64,000 nucleotides of DNA from Candidatus Eiseniibacteriota bacterium (GTDB lineage: Bacteria; Eisenbacteria; RBG-16-71-46). How positions within the stretch are numbered: the stretch's first letter is position 1; every line of letters starts with the position of its first letter. A program made the translations under genes and the position numbers. The stretch covers positions 451,096 to 515,095 of the forward strand of contig CAVUWA010000011.1 in the NCBI GenBank assembly GCA_963744995.1. Direction: 5' to 3'. This document shows positions 55,134 to 64,000 of this stretch, piece by piece. The notes beneath the pieces were generated by a model that saw nothing but the letters and a program-made list of their open reading frames with translations, was not told the DNA's origin and made no database searches.

Positions 55134-55934
55134 ATGCCGACCATGACCGCCTACGCATCCGGCACTTTCTGCTGGCCGGAGCTCGCGACCACCGACCCGA
55201 AGGCCGCGATCGAGTTCTACCAGCGGCTGTTCGACTGGAACACGCTGGACCTGCCGATTCCCGGGGGCAGCACCTACACGCTCGTCAAGAAGGGCAGCGA
55301 CGACGCCGGCGCGATCGGCAAGCTCATGGACGAGCTCGCGAAGCAGGGTGTGCCGCCGCACTGGCTCGCGTACATCTCGGTGGACGACGTGGACGCCACC
55401 GTCGCGAAGTTGAAGGCGAACGGCGGCACGGTCATGGCGGAGCCCATGGACGTGAAGCCGGACGGCAAACTGCTGCTCGGCCGCATGGCGGTGGCGCAGG
55501 ATCCGCAGGGTGCGGCGTTCGCGCTGTGGCAGCCCGGCGCGCACATCGGCGCCTCGGTCGTGAACGAGCCCGGCGCGCTCACCTGGAACGAGCTGATGAC
55601 GACCGACGTGGACGCCGCGAAGAAGTTCTACACCGCGGTGTTCGGCTACACGATGACGGACCAGGACATGGGCAACATGGTCTACACCGTCATGAAGGTG
55701 GGCGGGCGTCCGAATGCCGGATTGATGAAGACCCCGGACGCGAACGTGCCGACCAGCTGGCTCACCTACTTCTCGGTGGACGACGTCGACAAATGCGTCG
55801 AGAAGGCGAAGGCGGCGGGCGCGAAGGTGCTCGCGGGCCCGGACGACATCCCCGAGGTCGGCCGCTTCGCGGTGCTGCAGGATCCGCAGGGCGCCGTGTT
55901 CGCGATCATCAAGCTCGTCCGGATCATGGAGTAG
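55134..55934 (+). CDS. VOC/glyoxalase family protein (two domains, CFP32-like)
   Basis: GTFCWPELATTD, PHWLAYI, DPQGA x2, WNELMTTD. Confidence 0.92.
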   Translation: MPTMTAYASGTFCWPELATTDPKAAIEFYQRLFDWNTLDLPIPGGSTYTLVKKGSDDAGAIGKLMDELAKQGVPPHWLAYISVDDVDATVAKLKANGGTVMAEPMDVKPDGKLLLGRMAVAQDPQGAAFALWQPGAHIGASVVNEPGALTWNELMTTDVDAAKKFYTAVFGYTMTDQDMGNMVYTVMKVGGRPNAGLMKTPDANVPTSWLTYFSVDDVDKCVEKAKAAGAKVLAGPDDIPEVGRFAVLQDPQGAVFAIIKLVRIME

Positions 55935-55950
55935 CGGTCGTTCGGCATGC

Positions 55951-55981
55951 GAAGCCGGGGCGCCGTCGGCGTCCCGGCTTC
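55951..55981 (+). terminator. Hairpin after the VOC gene
   Basis: gaagccggg...cccggcttc inverted repeat. Confidence 0.6.
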
Positions 55982-56107
55982 ATGCGCCGCGCGGCGTCAG
56001 GTCGTGACGCACCGACCCTCCCGGCCGGGCCGGGGCGGTCTTCGACGTCGAAGCCGAGCCGGGCGCCCGATGATGCGGCGTGCGGCCACGCTCCCTATAC
56101 TCCGCCG

Positions 56108-57163
56108 ATGGCCGCCCCCGGCAAGATCGACCCCGAAGCGTTCGAGCGCATGATCGCGCCGCACCTGGGCGCCGCGCGTGCCGAGGTGCTGAGCGGCCCG
56201 CGCCCGGGTGTGGACGCGGCGATCGTTCGCGTGAGCGCCGGGCGGGTGATGGCGATCACCACCGACCCGCTGAGCCTGGTGCCGGCGCTCGGACCGGAGC
56301 GTTCGGCGCGCCTCGCCTGCCACCTGATCGCCTCCGACCTTTGGACCACCGGCATTGCACCCGCCTACGCGGCGGTGGACCTGAACCTGCCGCCCGACAT
56401 GGATGACGGGACGCTCGACGCATATGCGCGCGCGCTGGGCGCGGCGTGGGCGGAGCTCGGGATCGCCGTGGTCACCGGACACACCGGGCGCTTCGACGGC
56501 TGCGCGCTGCCGATCGTGGGGGGGGCGACGCTCGTGGGCGTCGGCGACGAGTCGCGCTGGGTCGGCCCCGCGTTCGTCGCGGACGGCGACCGCGTCATCG
56601 TCACCCGGGGCTGTGCGGTCGAGACGACGGCGATCGCCGCACACCTGTTTCCAGGGAAGCTCGAAGCCGCACTCGGCGCGGAGGGCCTCGCCCGTGCCCG
56701 CGCCATGCTCGAGCAGGTGAGCACGGTCGCCGACTGCCGTGCCGCGCTCGCTGCCGGCGTGCGCGAGGCGGGCGTGAGCATGCTGCACGATGCCACCGAA
56801 GGCGGTGTCGCGGGCGGGCTGCTCGAAGCCGCGCGCGCCGCGCACCGCGACCTGCGCATCGAGCGCGCCAGGATCCCGGTCTCTCCCGAGGCGCGGGCCG
56901 CGTGCGATGCGTTCGGGATCGATCCGTGGTGGGCGCTTTCGGAGGGCACCCTGATCGCGTTCGCGCGCCCCGCCCGTGCGGCGGCCGTGCTCGCCGAACT
57001 CGCCGAAGCGGGGATCGCCGCCGCCGACGCGGGCGAAGTCGTACCCGGGAAGGGCACCGTGTGGATGACCGAAGCCGACGGACGGGTGACGCGCATCGCC
57101 GAGTCGCGACCGGACCCGTACTGGGAAGCCTACGCGAAAGCCGTGCGCGAAGGATGGACGTGA
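56108..57163 (+). CDS. AIR-synthase-related (PurM/HypE-like) protein
   Basis: GKI, GPRPGVDAA, TTDP, ASDL, VTGHTG, MLHDATEGG, SEGTL. Confidence 0.85.
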   Translation: MAAPGKIDPEAFERMIAPHLGAARAEVLSGPRPGVDAAIVRVSAGRVMAITTDPLSLVPALGPERSARLACHLIASDLWTTGIAPAYAAVDLNLPPDMDDGTLDAYARALGAAWAELGIAVVTGHTGRFDGCALPIVGGATLVGVGDESRWVGPAFVADGDRVIVTRGCAVETTAIAAHLFPGKLEAALGAEGLARARAMLEQVSTVADCRAALAAGVREAGVSMLHDATEGGVAGGLLEAARAAHRDLRIERARIPVSPEARAACDAFGIDPWWALSEGTLIAFARPARAAAVLAELAEAGIAAADAGEVVPGKGTVWMTEADGRVTRIAESRPDPYWEAYAKAVREGWT

Positions 57164-57404
57164 CGCCACGGCCGACGGCCACGGTGGCGGATGCCGCGAA
57201 GCGCGCGCGGCAGACTCCTTTCGGGAGGCCGTGGATCCGCCGGCGGCGGTGGCGCGTGGAGCCGAAGGCGATGGGTGCGGCCCCACGGCTGGAAATACAG
57301 GGCGACATCGGGCGCGACCCTGCGTTATTCATGGCGGAGCGCGGCCGCCATCCGGCGGGCCGCGCCCGGAGTTCGCAACGGACCCGCTCCCGGAGGAGGC
57401 CCGC

Positions 57405-58193
57405 ATGAGCGATGTCGCCGGCACCCAGGCTGAACTGGAAGCTGCGCTCAAGGACGAGATCATCCGGATGTACGAGGAGGTCGCCGAGAACCCGCACGCC
57501 GAATTCCATTTCTTTCACGGCCGCGAAGCGGCGGAGCTGTTCGAGTACCCGGCCGAATGGCTCGATCGCGCGCCGGAATCGGCGGTGGACTCGTTCGCGG
57601 GCGTGGGCAATCCGCACCTGCGGGCGGGCCTCCAGCCCGGCGAATCGGTGCTCGACCTCGGCAGCGGCGCGGGACTCGATTCGATCGTCGCGTCATGGGC
57701 GGTGGGCGAATCCGGCAGGGTGCTCGGCGTGGACCTGAACCCGGGCATGTGCCGCAAGGCGCAGGCGAACGTGTCGGCCACCGGCGGGCGGCTGGAATGC
57801 CACGAAGGCCGCATGGAGAACATCCCGCTCCCGGATGCGGCGGTGGACGTGATCCTCTCGAACGGCGTGATCAACCTGTCGTTCAGGAAGCGCAAGGTGA
57901 TCGAGGAGATGTTCCGGGTCCTCCGGCCCGGCGGCCGTATCTCGATCACCGACATCGTGAGCGCCAAGCAGCTTTCCCAGCAGATCGTCAACGATCCCAA
58001 GCTCTGGGCGTCCTGAATCGGCGGCGCTCTCCCGGAGGGAGAGATGTTCCGGCTGCTCGAGGAGTCCGGTTTCACCCGCGTGAAATCCGCCGTGGTGCCG
58101 CGCTTCCGCTTCCGCAAGCAGTCCACGCAGAACTCTGCGGAGGCCTACGGCGTGAAGGCGGTGATGATGACGGGGGAGAAGCCGGCAGCGTGA
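57405..58193 (+). CDS. ArsM/AS3MT-like SAM methyltransferase, probable selenoprotein (UGA at 58014-58016 read as Sec)
   Basis: SD GGAGGAGG; VLDLGSGAGLD; LWAS-UGA-IGGAL matches ArsM LWxxCIxGAL; frame stays open for 58 more codons to TGA 58191-58193; SECIS-like hairpin. Confidence 0.82.
58027..58043 (+). promoter_or_regulatory. Putative bacterial SECIS element
   Basis: CTCTCCC-GGA-GGGAGAG; G-initiated apical loop 17 nt after the UGA. Confidence 0.7.
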
Positions 58194-58394
58194 AGGCGGG
58201 CGCGCGGAGGAGAAGGGCCGCGCCGCCCGCGGGCGATCGCCGGACCGGGGGTTCGTACGCCTTCCCGAGGTCGCTCCGGTCGTTCCCGCATCGCAGGCTT
58301 CAGCCGATCGGGACCGGCAGAAAGTCGAATCGGGGCCTCATCTCCGCCGTGCATGCGCGGTCGAAGAACGGCATCGCGGGATGCACGTGCCCCT

Positions 58395-59264
58395 TCATCG
58401 TCCGTCCCTCCCGGTTCCGCGTGCGTGAGCGGTCGCGATTCGAGCGAACACCGTTTCGGGCGGTGCGGTGGAATGGGCCAGGCGATCGACGTTGAAGTAG
58501 AAGCATCCGGCGCCATCGTGGAGCACCTTCCACGTGCCGTCGGATCGCGCCGCGAGCAGGAGCAAGGCCCTCCCGGGATGCAGGTCATGCCGGGTCGCGG
58601 TGACGACGGTGAGGGCGGAGTCCGGCGGTGTTCCCGCAATGACTCGCTCTACACGACACGCGACTCCAGGCGAGTTGCGGGTGTGGCGGCCCAGCGAGCC
58701 CACGACCACCAGATCCGCCCGGGCCGCCAGCGAATCCGGTGAGGCGGCTTCCGCCTCGCGTCGGATCGCGGGAACTCGGTCGATGGCTTCACGGGTGGAG
58801 AGGATCTCGAAACCCGTGCCCGGGCGATCGAGGCCTGCGCCGACGTCTCTGGCGAGCCACCACGTTCCGTGGTAGACCGCGAGGTAGAAGACGACCCGGC
58901 GATTCGACTGCGACGCGCTCTTTTCGAGTGCCTCTACGAACGGGTCGTGGGAGGCCAGCTCGACCTCGAGCGTGCGAGCCGTATCCGGACCGACGATCCA
59001 CTGCTCGACCGCGATCCGGGCGAATGATCGAATGACGACCCCGCCCCCGTCCTGCGGGATTGCACGATCCCCCGCCTCCAGCACGCGCGCCAGAACGACG
59101 GCATCCGCACGGTCGATGAGGCGCGCGAAAGGATCACCCACGGGAGGCGAAGTCTGCGCTCGAGCCATCATCGACGGCGCAGCGAGCGACAGCGTCAGCA
59201 ATGAGAACGCCAGCGCCACGCCACGTCTCGACGATCGCCTGTCCGAATCGAATCCACGTGCCAT
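58395..59264 (-). CDS. Exported hypothetical protein with two internal ADxVVxxxV repeats (start uncertain)
   Basis: Signal-like segment; LIDRADAVVLARV and LAARADLVVVGSL. Confidence 0.55.
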   Translation of the reverse strand: MARGFDSDRRSSRRGVALAFSLLTLSLAAPSMMARAQTSPPVGDPFARLIDRADAVVLARVLEAGDRAIPQDGGGVVIRSFARIAVEQWIVGPDTARTLEVELASHDPFVEALEKSASQSNRRVVFYLAVYHGTWWLARDVGAGLDRPGTGFEILSTREAIDRVPAIRREAEAASPDSLAARADLVVVGSLGRHTRNSPGVACRVERVIAGTPPDSALTVVTATRHDLHPGRALLLLAARSDGTWKVLHDGAGCFYFNVDRLAHSTAPPETVFARIATAHARGTGRDGR

Positions 59265-59337
59265 GTCGGCAAGAGTCCTGCAGGATGTGCCGCGCCCGCT
59301 CATGGGCAGTGCGCCCGGGCCGGTTCGGTCGCCGATC

Positions 59338-60672
59338 CTACTCCCGATCCCCCGGCAGCCGGATCCCGGTGAGCTCGCGGTACAGCCTGAGGATGTACGA
59401 GTCCGTCATCCCGGCGACGTGGTCGGTGACGCACAGGATCTGGTCGGCGACGCTGGCCTCGCCGGTCACGATGTCCGGGAGCAGCGCGCGCAGGTGGCGG
59501 CTCTGGATGTCGTCCTCGCCGCGCGCGGCGCGCACCAGCGCATCGAGCACGCCCTTGATCGCGGCGGTGCCGGCGATCTCCATCTTCAGCACGTCGCGGG
59601 CGCCGTAGCAGTAGCGCTGGTTCAGGTCCTTCACGATCTCGAGTTCTCCCCCGAGCCGCATGTCCTTCTTGAGCGCGCGGTCGTGGGTGCCGGCGAAGAT
59701 CGCCCCGGCGTGGTGCATGAACGCTTCGGCGGCGTCCTGGGCGAGCCGCCCGACGGCGACGGCGCGATTGTGGCCGGCCACGCGCAGCATGTCCTGGCGG
59801 CCGAGCGTGGTGAGATCGGCGGGGTCGATGTGCTTTGCACCCTCGCAGATCACCCGCAGCGTGTCCTGGTAGAGCGGTCGCGGCACGAGATTCAGCCGCA
59901 GACCGTCCTCGAGGTCCAGAATCTGGTAGGCGATGTCGTCCGCAGCCTCGGTGAGGAACGCGAGCGGGTGGCGCGACCAGGCGAGCCCCATGTCGTCCTC
60001 GGGCCTGAGGCCGAGCTGATCGGCGAGCGCGCGCATGATCGCCACGTCGCGGGCGTGGAAGCCGTGCTTCCTGCGGTGCGGCGGGCCGTCCTTCACGGTG
60101 GCGCTCGAACCGCACGGGTACTTGAGCAGCGCGCCGAGCGTCACGGCGGTGAGGTTCAGACCGTGTGCGGGTGACGCCTTCTCGATGCGCGTGACGATCG
60201 CGAACGCCTGCGCGTTACCCTCGAAGCCGAGCAGGTCGCTCTGCGTGTGGGGCGGCAGCGCGGCGAACCACGCGGCGTCGCGATGCTCGGCAAAGAACTC
60301 GCGGATCGCGTCCTCGCCGACGTGCCCGAACGGCGGATTGCCGAGGTCGTGCGCGAGGCACGCGGCGGCGACGGCGTCGCCGACGTCGCGCGCGGTGAAC
60401 GATTCGGGCAGCACGCCGCGCTCGGTGAGCTTCTCGCCGACCATCGCGCCGAGCGAGCGGCCGATGGAGGCGACCTCGAGCGAGTGCGTGAGCCGCGAGT
60501 GCACGTGGTCGTCGGTCGGCAGCGGAAACACCTGCGTCTTGTCGGCGAGCCGCCGGAACGAGCCCGAGAACGCGATGCGGTCGTAGTCGGCGAGGAACGG
60601 CGAGCGCCCGGGCGAGACGTGCGCGGGGCGGCCGTTCAGCCGGTTGAAGCTGAACAGACGTTCGATGCCCAT
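59338..60672 (-). CDS. dgt: dGTP triphosphohydrolase (HD family)
   Basis: DYDRI, FRRLADKTQVFP, HSRLTHSLEV, CLAHDLGNPPFGH, FEGNAQ, LKYP, HPLAFLTEAADDIAY, AGMTDSY. Confidence 0.95.
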   Translation of the reverse strand: MGIERLFSFNRLNGRPAHVSPGRSPFLADYDRIAFSGSFRRLADKTQVFPLPTDDHVHSRLTHSLEVASIGRSLGAMVGEKLTERGVLPESFTARDVGDAVAAACLAHDLGNPPFGHVGEDAIREFFAEHRDAAWFAALPPHTQSDLLGFEGNAQAFAIVTRIEKASPAHGLNLTAVTLGALLKYPCGSSATVKDGPPHRRKHGFHARDVAIMRALADQLGLRPEDDMGLAWSRHPLAFLTEAADDIAYQILDLEDGLRLNLVPRPLYQDTLRVICEGAKHIDPADLTTLGRQDMLRVAGHNRAVAVGRLAQDAAEAFMHHAGAIFAGTHDRALKKDMRLGGELEIVKDLNQRYCYGARDVLKMEIAGTAAIKGVLDALVRAARGEDDIQSRHLRALLPDIVTGEASVADQILCVTDHVAGMTDSYILRLYRELTGIRLPGDRE

Positions 60673-60692
60673 GGTCTCTTCGCCGGCGCGGC

Positions 60693-61467
60693 TCACGGGG
60701 CGGGCACCATCAGGGTCGCACCGGCTTCCACGGTGACGCCGTCGACGTGGCCCGAAGCCTGGAGCGAAGGGATGATCGTGTGCACGTGGGTGAACGAGCC
60801 GAAGTGCGTGAACACCCCCTCGGCGGCGGTCGAATAGAAGCCGACGAGCACGGCGTCGGTGTGCTCGATCGTCCGCTTCGCGGCGGCGGCGAGGTGCGCC
60901 GCGTGGCCGTGCGCGCCGGGCGGCATGCGATACCCGGCGATGACGTGGAAGGCCAGGTCGCTGAGCGGTCCCTGAACGAGGAACGCGAACGGCTGCGTCG
61001 ACGTCCGCGCCCGCGACGGCCGCGAGGGCGGCGATCCGGGCATCCAGCGAGTCGAACGGGATCGGCCGTGGGATCGGCACCTGCGCCCAGTTCGAGACGT
61101 CGGCGGCGGTGAGCAGCGTGGCCTCGGCGCCGGAGGTCTGCGACTCGATGCTGCTCGAGGCGTCGCCTGCGCCGGCGGTGGCGATCCACACCTCGCCGCC
61201 GGCGATCGTGATCTCGCCGCGCAGCCCGACCAGGGCGCCGATCCCGTAGAGCGCGGGGTCGGGCGTGAGGTCGGCGAGCGACACCACCGCTGCGGTGTCG
61301 TTCTCCATCATCAGCTTGTGCATGTTGCCCCAGGTGTGGACCCCGGGCGCGGCGAGGTGGCGGGTCGCCGTCTCGGCGGGCGGCGACGGCTTCTTCGCGC
61401 CGCCGCTGCAGCCGGCGAGCACGGCGAGGACGACGAGCGCCGCAAGCGGGCCACGCGCGTGTCTCAC
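60693..61467 (-). CDS. Alpha-acetolactate decarboxylase-like lipoprotein, frameshifted near 61000
   Basis: GTG overlapping the M14 stop; LAGC; YGIGALVGLRGEITI..G; after a +1 shift PFAF, LVGFYS, GVFTH, HVH, SGHVD. Confidence 0.75.
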
Positions 61468-63278
61468 TTCGGCGCCTCGAGCGCCGCCTCCGGCGGACGG
61501 CGCAGGGCGCGGGCGACCGGCAGCAGGTCGGCCTCGGAGTCGAAGTATTTCGAGTGCTCGTAGAAGAAATGCATCCGCGCCCATGCGTCGTTCGCGAACG
61601 CGGTGTCGGCCGCGACCTTTGCGCGAAACGCCTTCTCGAGCGCCGGATCGGCGGCCATCATCTTCTCGGCGATCGGTTCCATGAGGTAGGGCTCAGCGTA
61701 CTCCTTGGGCTCGAGCACGGTGTCGAAGAAGTTCCAGTAGGCGAGGCCGTCCGGCGCCTGGGCCTCGAACAGCTGCACGGCGACCAGCGCGGCGGGCTGA
61801 TCGATCGGGATCCACAGGTCTCCCGGCCGGTACGTCTGCAAACGACGTTCGTTCTCGACCCGGGTGATCGTGATCGGGAAGTGGCCCTCGAACGGCTTGG
61901 AGCGCGCCCACCAGGCGAGCACGTGCGGGCGCTCCACGGTGTCGCTCCACGCGGCGCGGAACACGCGGTAGCGGATCCCGTGCACGGCGAGCAGGTCCAC
62001 CACGTTCTTCCACTCCTGCGGCACGACGTAGCCGGCGGGCGGGGTCACGGTGAGGGCCGCTTCGGTCTCGCGCCGGTACGGCACCCGGTAGTCGAGGGTG
62101 TCGCGTGTGTAATGCGCCAGCGGCCGGCCGGTGATCGGGCTTACGGGCCACTCCACGCGCCAGCCTTTGACGTCGAGCGTGTCCGCGCGGCCGGTGAGTT
62201 TCGTGGTCAGCGCGACCGGATGCCGCATCGCCGCGAGGATCTCCGCGCGCGCGCTGTCGCGCACGTTCAAAAGGTCACGCGGGTGTTCCGCCACATCGGC
62301 GACGATCGCGTACAGCATGTCGCGCACGGACTCCACCCGCACCTTGTACGGTTTGAGCATGTGGGACTCCAGCAGCACGGCGGGCACGCCCTGCAGGCCG
62401 AAATAGGCCTGCGAGAAGCGCGGCGAGAACGTGTCCGCATCGACGCCGCTCTGCGGGCGGTGCTTCTCCCTGAACTCGAGATACGGCACCGGCAGATGGC
62501 CCATGCGCGCGTAGCGAGGCACGATGCGGTCCTCGAACACGTCGCGGCCCCAGCGCGCGACCGCCGGCGGCACCACCGGTCCGCGGCTGAAGTCGTACAT
62601 CAGCTCGTGGCGGAGGTCGGCGCCGTCGGTGGTGTGCGTGTCGATGACCAGGTGCGGCTGCCAGCGCTGGAACACCTGCTCCAGCAGGCCGCGCATTTCG
62701 GGGGTCTCGGCCTTGGTGAAGTCACGATTCAGGTTGTGGCCGGTGCTGGTATAGCGCCAGCCCACCTCGGCGGGGCCCACCTGGTTGATCCGGTTGTACG
62801 GGCTGCGGCGTTCGTGACCGTCGGTCGAGAACATCGGGACGACCAGCAGGATGACGCTGTCGAGCTTCGACTGTTCCCAGCCGAGGATCGTCAGGTCGCG
62901 GATCAGCGCGAGCGCGGCGTCCTTGCCGGCGATTTCACCCGCATGGATGCCGCACAGCACGAGGACGATCGGCCTGCCCGTCGCGCGTGCCGCGGCCGGG
63001 GTGAAGGCACGGGCTTTCGACACGACCACGTACGGCATCGGCCGCCCCTGCGGGCTCGTGCCGTAGAACTGCAGGTCGAGCATCGACGTCCCGGCCTGCA
63101 TCTGCCGGATGAAGCGCAGCGTGGCGTCATAGTCGGGCGTCTCGCGATAATCGGTGCGCTCGGCCCAGGTGCGCCAGAACGTGGGCACTTCGGGGCGCGG
63201 CGCCTGTGCGGACGCGGGGGCGGGCAACGAAAAGGCCGCGACGAGCGCGGCCGTGAGGACCAGAGTCAGCGGGCGCAT
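61464..63278 (-). CDS. M14-family zinc carboxypeptidase, exported
   Basis: Signal peptide; IHAGE (HxxE), NLNRDF, IDTHTTDG, LLESH. Confidence 0.92.
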   Translation of the reverse strand: MRPLTLVLTAALVAAFSLPAPASAQAPRPEVPTFWRTWAERTDYRETPDYDATLRFIRQMQAGTSMLDLQFYGTSPQGRPMPYVVVSKARAFTPAAARATGRPIVLVLCGIHAGEIAGKDAALALIRDLTILGWEQSKLDSVILLVVPMFSTDGHERRSPYNRINQVGPAEVGWRYTSTGHNLNRDFTKAETPEMRGLLEQVFQRWQPHLVIDTHTTDGADLRHELMYDFSRGPVVPPAVARWGRDVFEDRIVPRYARMGHLPVPYLEFREKHRPQSGVDADTFSPRFSQAYFGLQGVPAVLLESHMLKPYKVRVESVRDMLYAIVADVAEHPRDLLNVRDSARAEILAAMRHPVALTTKLTGRADTLDVKGWRVEWPVSPITGRPLAHYTRDTLDYRVPYRRETEAALTVTPPAGYVVPQEWKNVVDLLAVHGIRYRVFRAAWSDTVERPHVLAWWARSKPFEGHFPITITRVENERRLQTYRPGDLWIPIDQPAALVAVQLFEAQAPDGLAYWNFFDTVLEPKEYAEPYLMEPIAEKMMAADPALEKAFRAKVAADTAFANDAWARMHFFYEHSKYFDSEADLLPVARALRRPPEAALEAPK

Positions 63279-63351
63279 GAGCGAAAAGGTTAGCACAAGC
63301 GCCCGCCGGAAGGGCGGGCAGGGGCACGGCGCTCGGCCGGCGCCCCCGGGT

Positions 63352-64000
63352 CTAGTACAGCCTGACGTTCGCCTCGCCCACGCCGATCTGCAGGTCCACG
63401 CGCGCTTCGCCGTGACCCTCGCGCCAGCTCACGCGGCGGCCGAACAGGCCCTCCACGTGTTCGGTCCCGTCACGCTTGTCGATCGTCGCTTCGCCGATCG
63501 TCACCGCGGCGGACACCCGGGCGATGTGGTCCTCCTTCATGTTCACCGTGGCCTCGCCGACCTTGAGCCGCAGATCCACGTCGCTCTCGACGTCGCGGAC
63601 CTCGACTTCGCCGACCGGCATGTCGATGTCCAGGCTGACGCGGGACGGAACCTGGATCACGCCTTCGACCCAGTAGTCGTCGGCGTCGAACAGCGAGTGA
63701 CCGTGGACCTCGAGATCCATGCGGTCGCCGCGCGTGCGGGCTTCGAGCCGCAGGTCGCGGGCGAGATCCTCACAGTCGTCATTGTCGTGCTTGCAGTGCA
63801 CGTAGAGCTTCACGACGACCTGGTCGCCTTCGGTGCCTTCGATGTGCAGCTCGCCGACCGTGAAGTCCACGTGCACGGCATGAACCGAGCCCGCGGCGTA
63901 GGTCCGGGTATCGGACTGAAGCACGGTGCGGTCGTGGTCGCGGTGCATCACGTGAGCCTGCGCCGGGGCGGCCAGCGCGAGCGCCGCGACGACGACGGGA
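63352..64000 (-). CDS. DUF4097/adhesin-like beta-strand-repeat exported protein, 5' end outside window
   Basis: Repeated VGEL/VGEV/VGEA/IGEA units; frame open to the window edge with a signal-like ALALAAPAQA. Confidence 0.7.
   Translation of the reverse strand, partial: PVVVAALALAAPAQAHVMHRDHDRTVLQSDTRTYAAGSVHAVHVDFTVGELHIEGTEGDQVVVKLYVHCKHDNDDCEDLARDLRLEARTRGDRMDLEVHGHSLFDADDYWVEGVIQVPSRVSLDIDMPVGEVEVRDVESDVDLRLKVGEATVNMKEDHIARVSAAVTIGEATIDKRDGTEHVEGLFGRRVSWREGHGEARVDLQIGVGEANVRLY

Noticed and set aside
56108..57163. selD
   Set aside because: Lacks the N-terminal Cys/Sec-x-x-Lys motif; matches the generic PurM/HypE-like group.
59338..61584. 748-aa lipoprotein-dGTPase fusion shown in the ORF track
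   Set aside because: Artefact of the frameshift near 61000; Dgt starts at 60672 and the intervening translation is out-of-frame junk.

Overview
Very GC-rich (roughly 70% or more by eye) bacterial chromosomal segment from a diderm. The FlgD-Ig/T9SS-like C-terminal tail on a secreted protein, the three-gene sdhCAB type and the general gene content fit an FCB-superphylum lineage such as Ca. Eisenbacteria (inference only). It carries an HD-GYP protein; a LytS/LytTR two-component pair divergent from a diheme cytochrome c-TPR gene; sdhCAB; several cation antiporters; a class II (B12) ribonucleotide reductase nrdJ; a TolC/MacA/MacB-permease operon with no ATPase; a small lower-GC islet (about 27.5-29.5 kb) with IS3 and ISNCY/IS1202-like transposase relics around two lipoprotein genes; a choice-of-anchor-B secreted protein; a complete copper/silver resistance cluster (leader ORF, cusC-like, cusB, cusA, cupredoxin, copA); otsA; a CHAT-domain lipoprotein; paired amidohydrolases; dgt; and an M14 peptidase. 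The most notable signals missed by the ORF track are: (1) an ArsM-like methyltransferase with an in-frame UGA plus SECIS-like hairpin, whose only retained ArsM thiol/selenol position is the putative selenocysteine; (2) a Cys/His/Met-containing, exported, RAPP-ending leader ORF (CruR/DUF2946-like arrest peptide) heading the Cus/Cop cluster, which has no transcription-factor gene; (3) LytTR direct-repeat boxes in front of the cytochrome gene; and (4) recurrent leaderless-gene architecture. Two genes show single-base frameshifts that may be assembly errors. No rRNA, tRNA or CRISPR array was seen. All calls are from motif recognition by eye; no searches were run.
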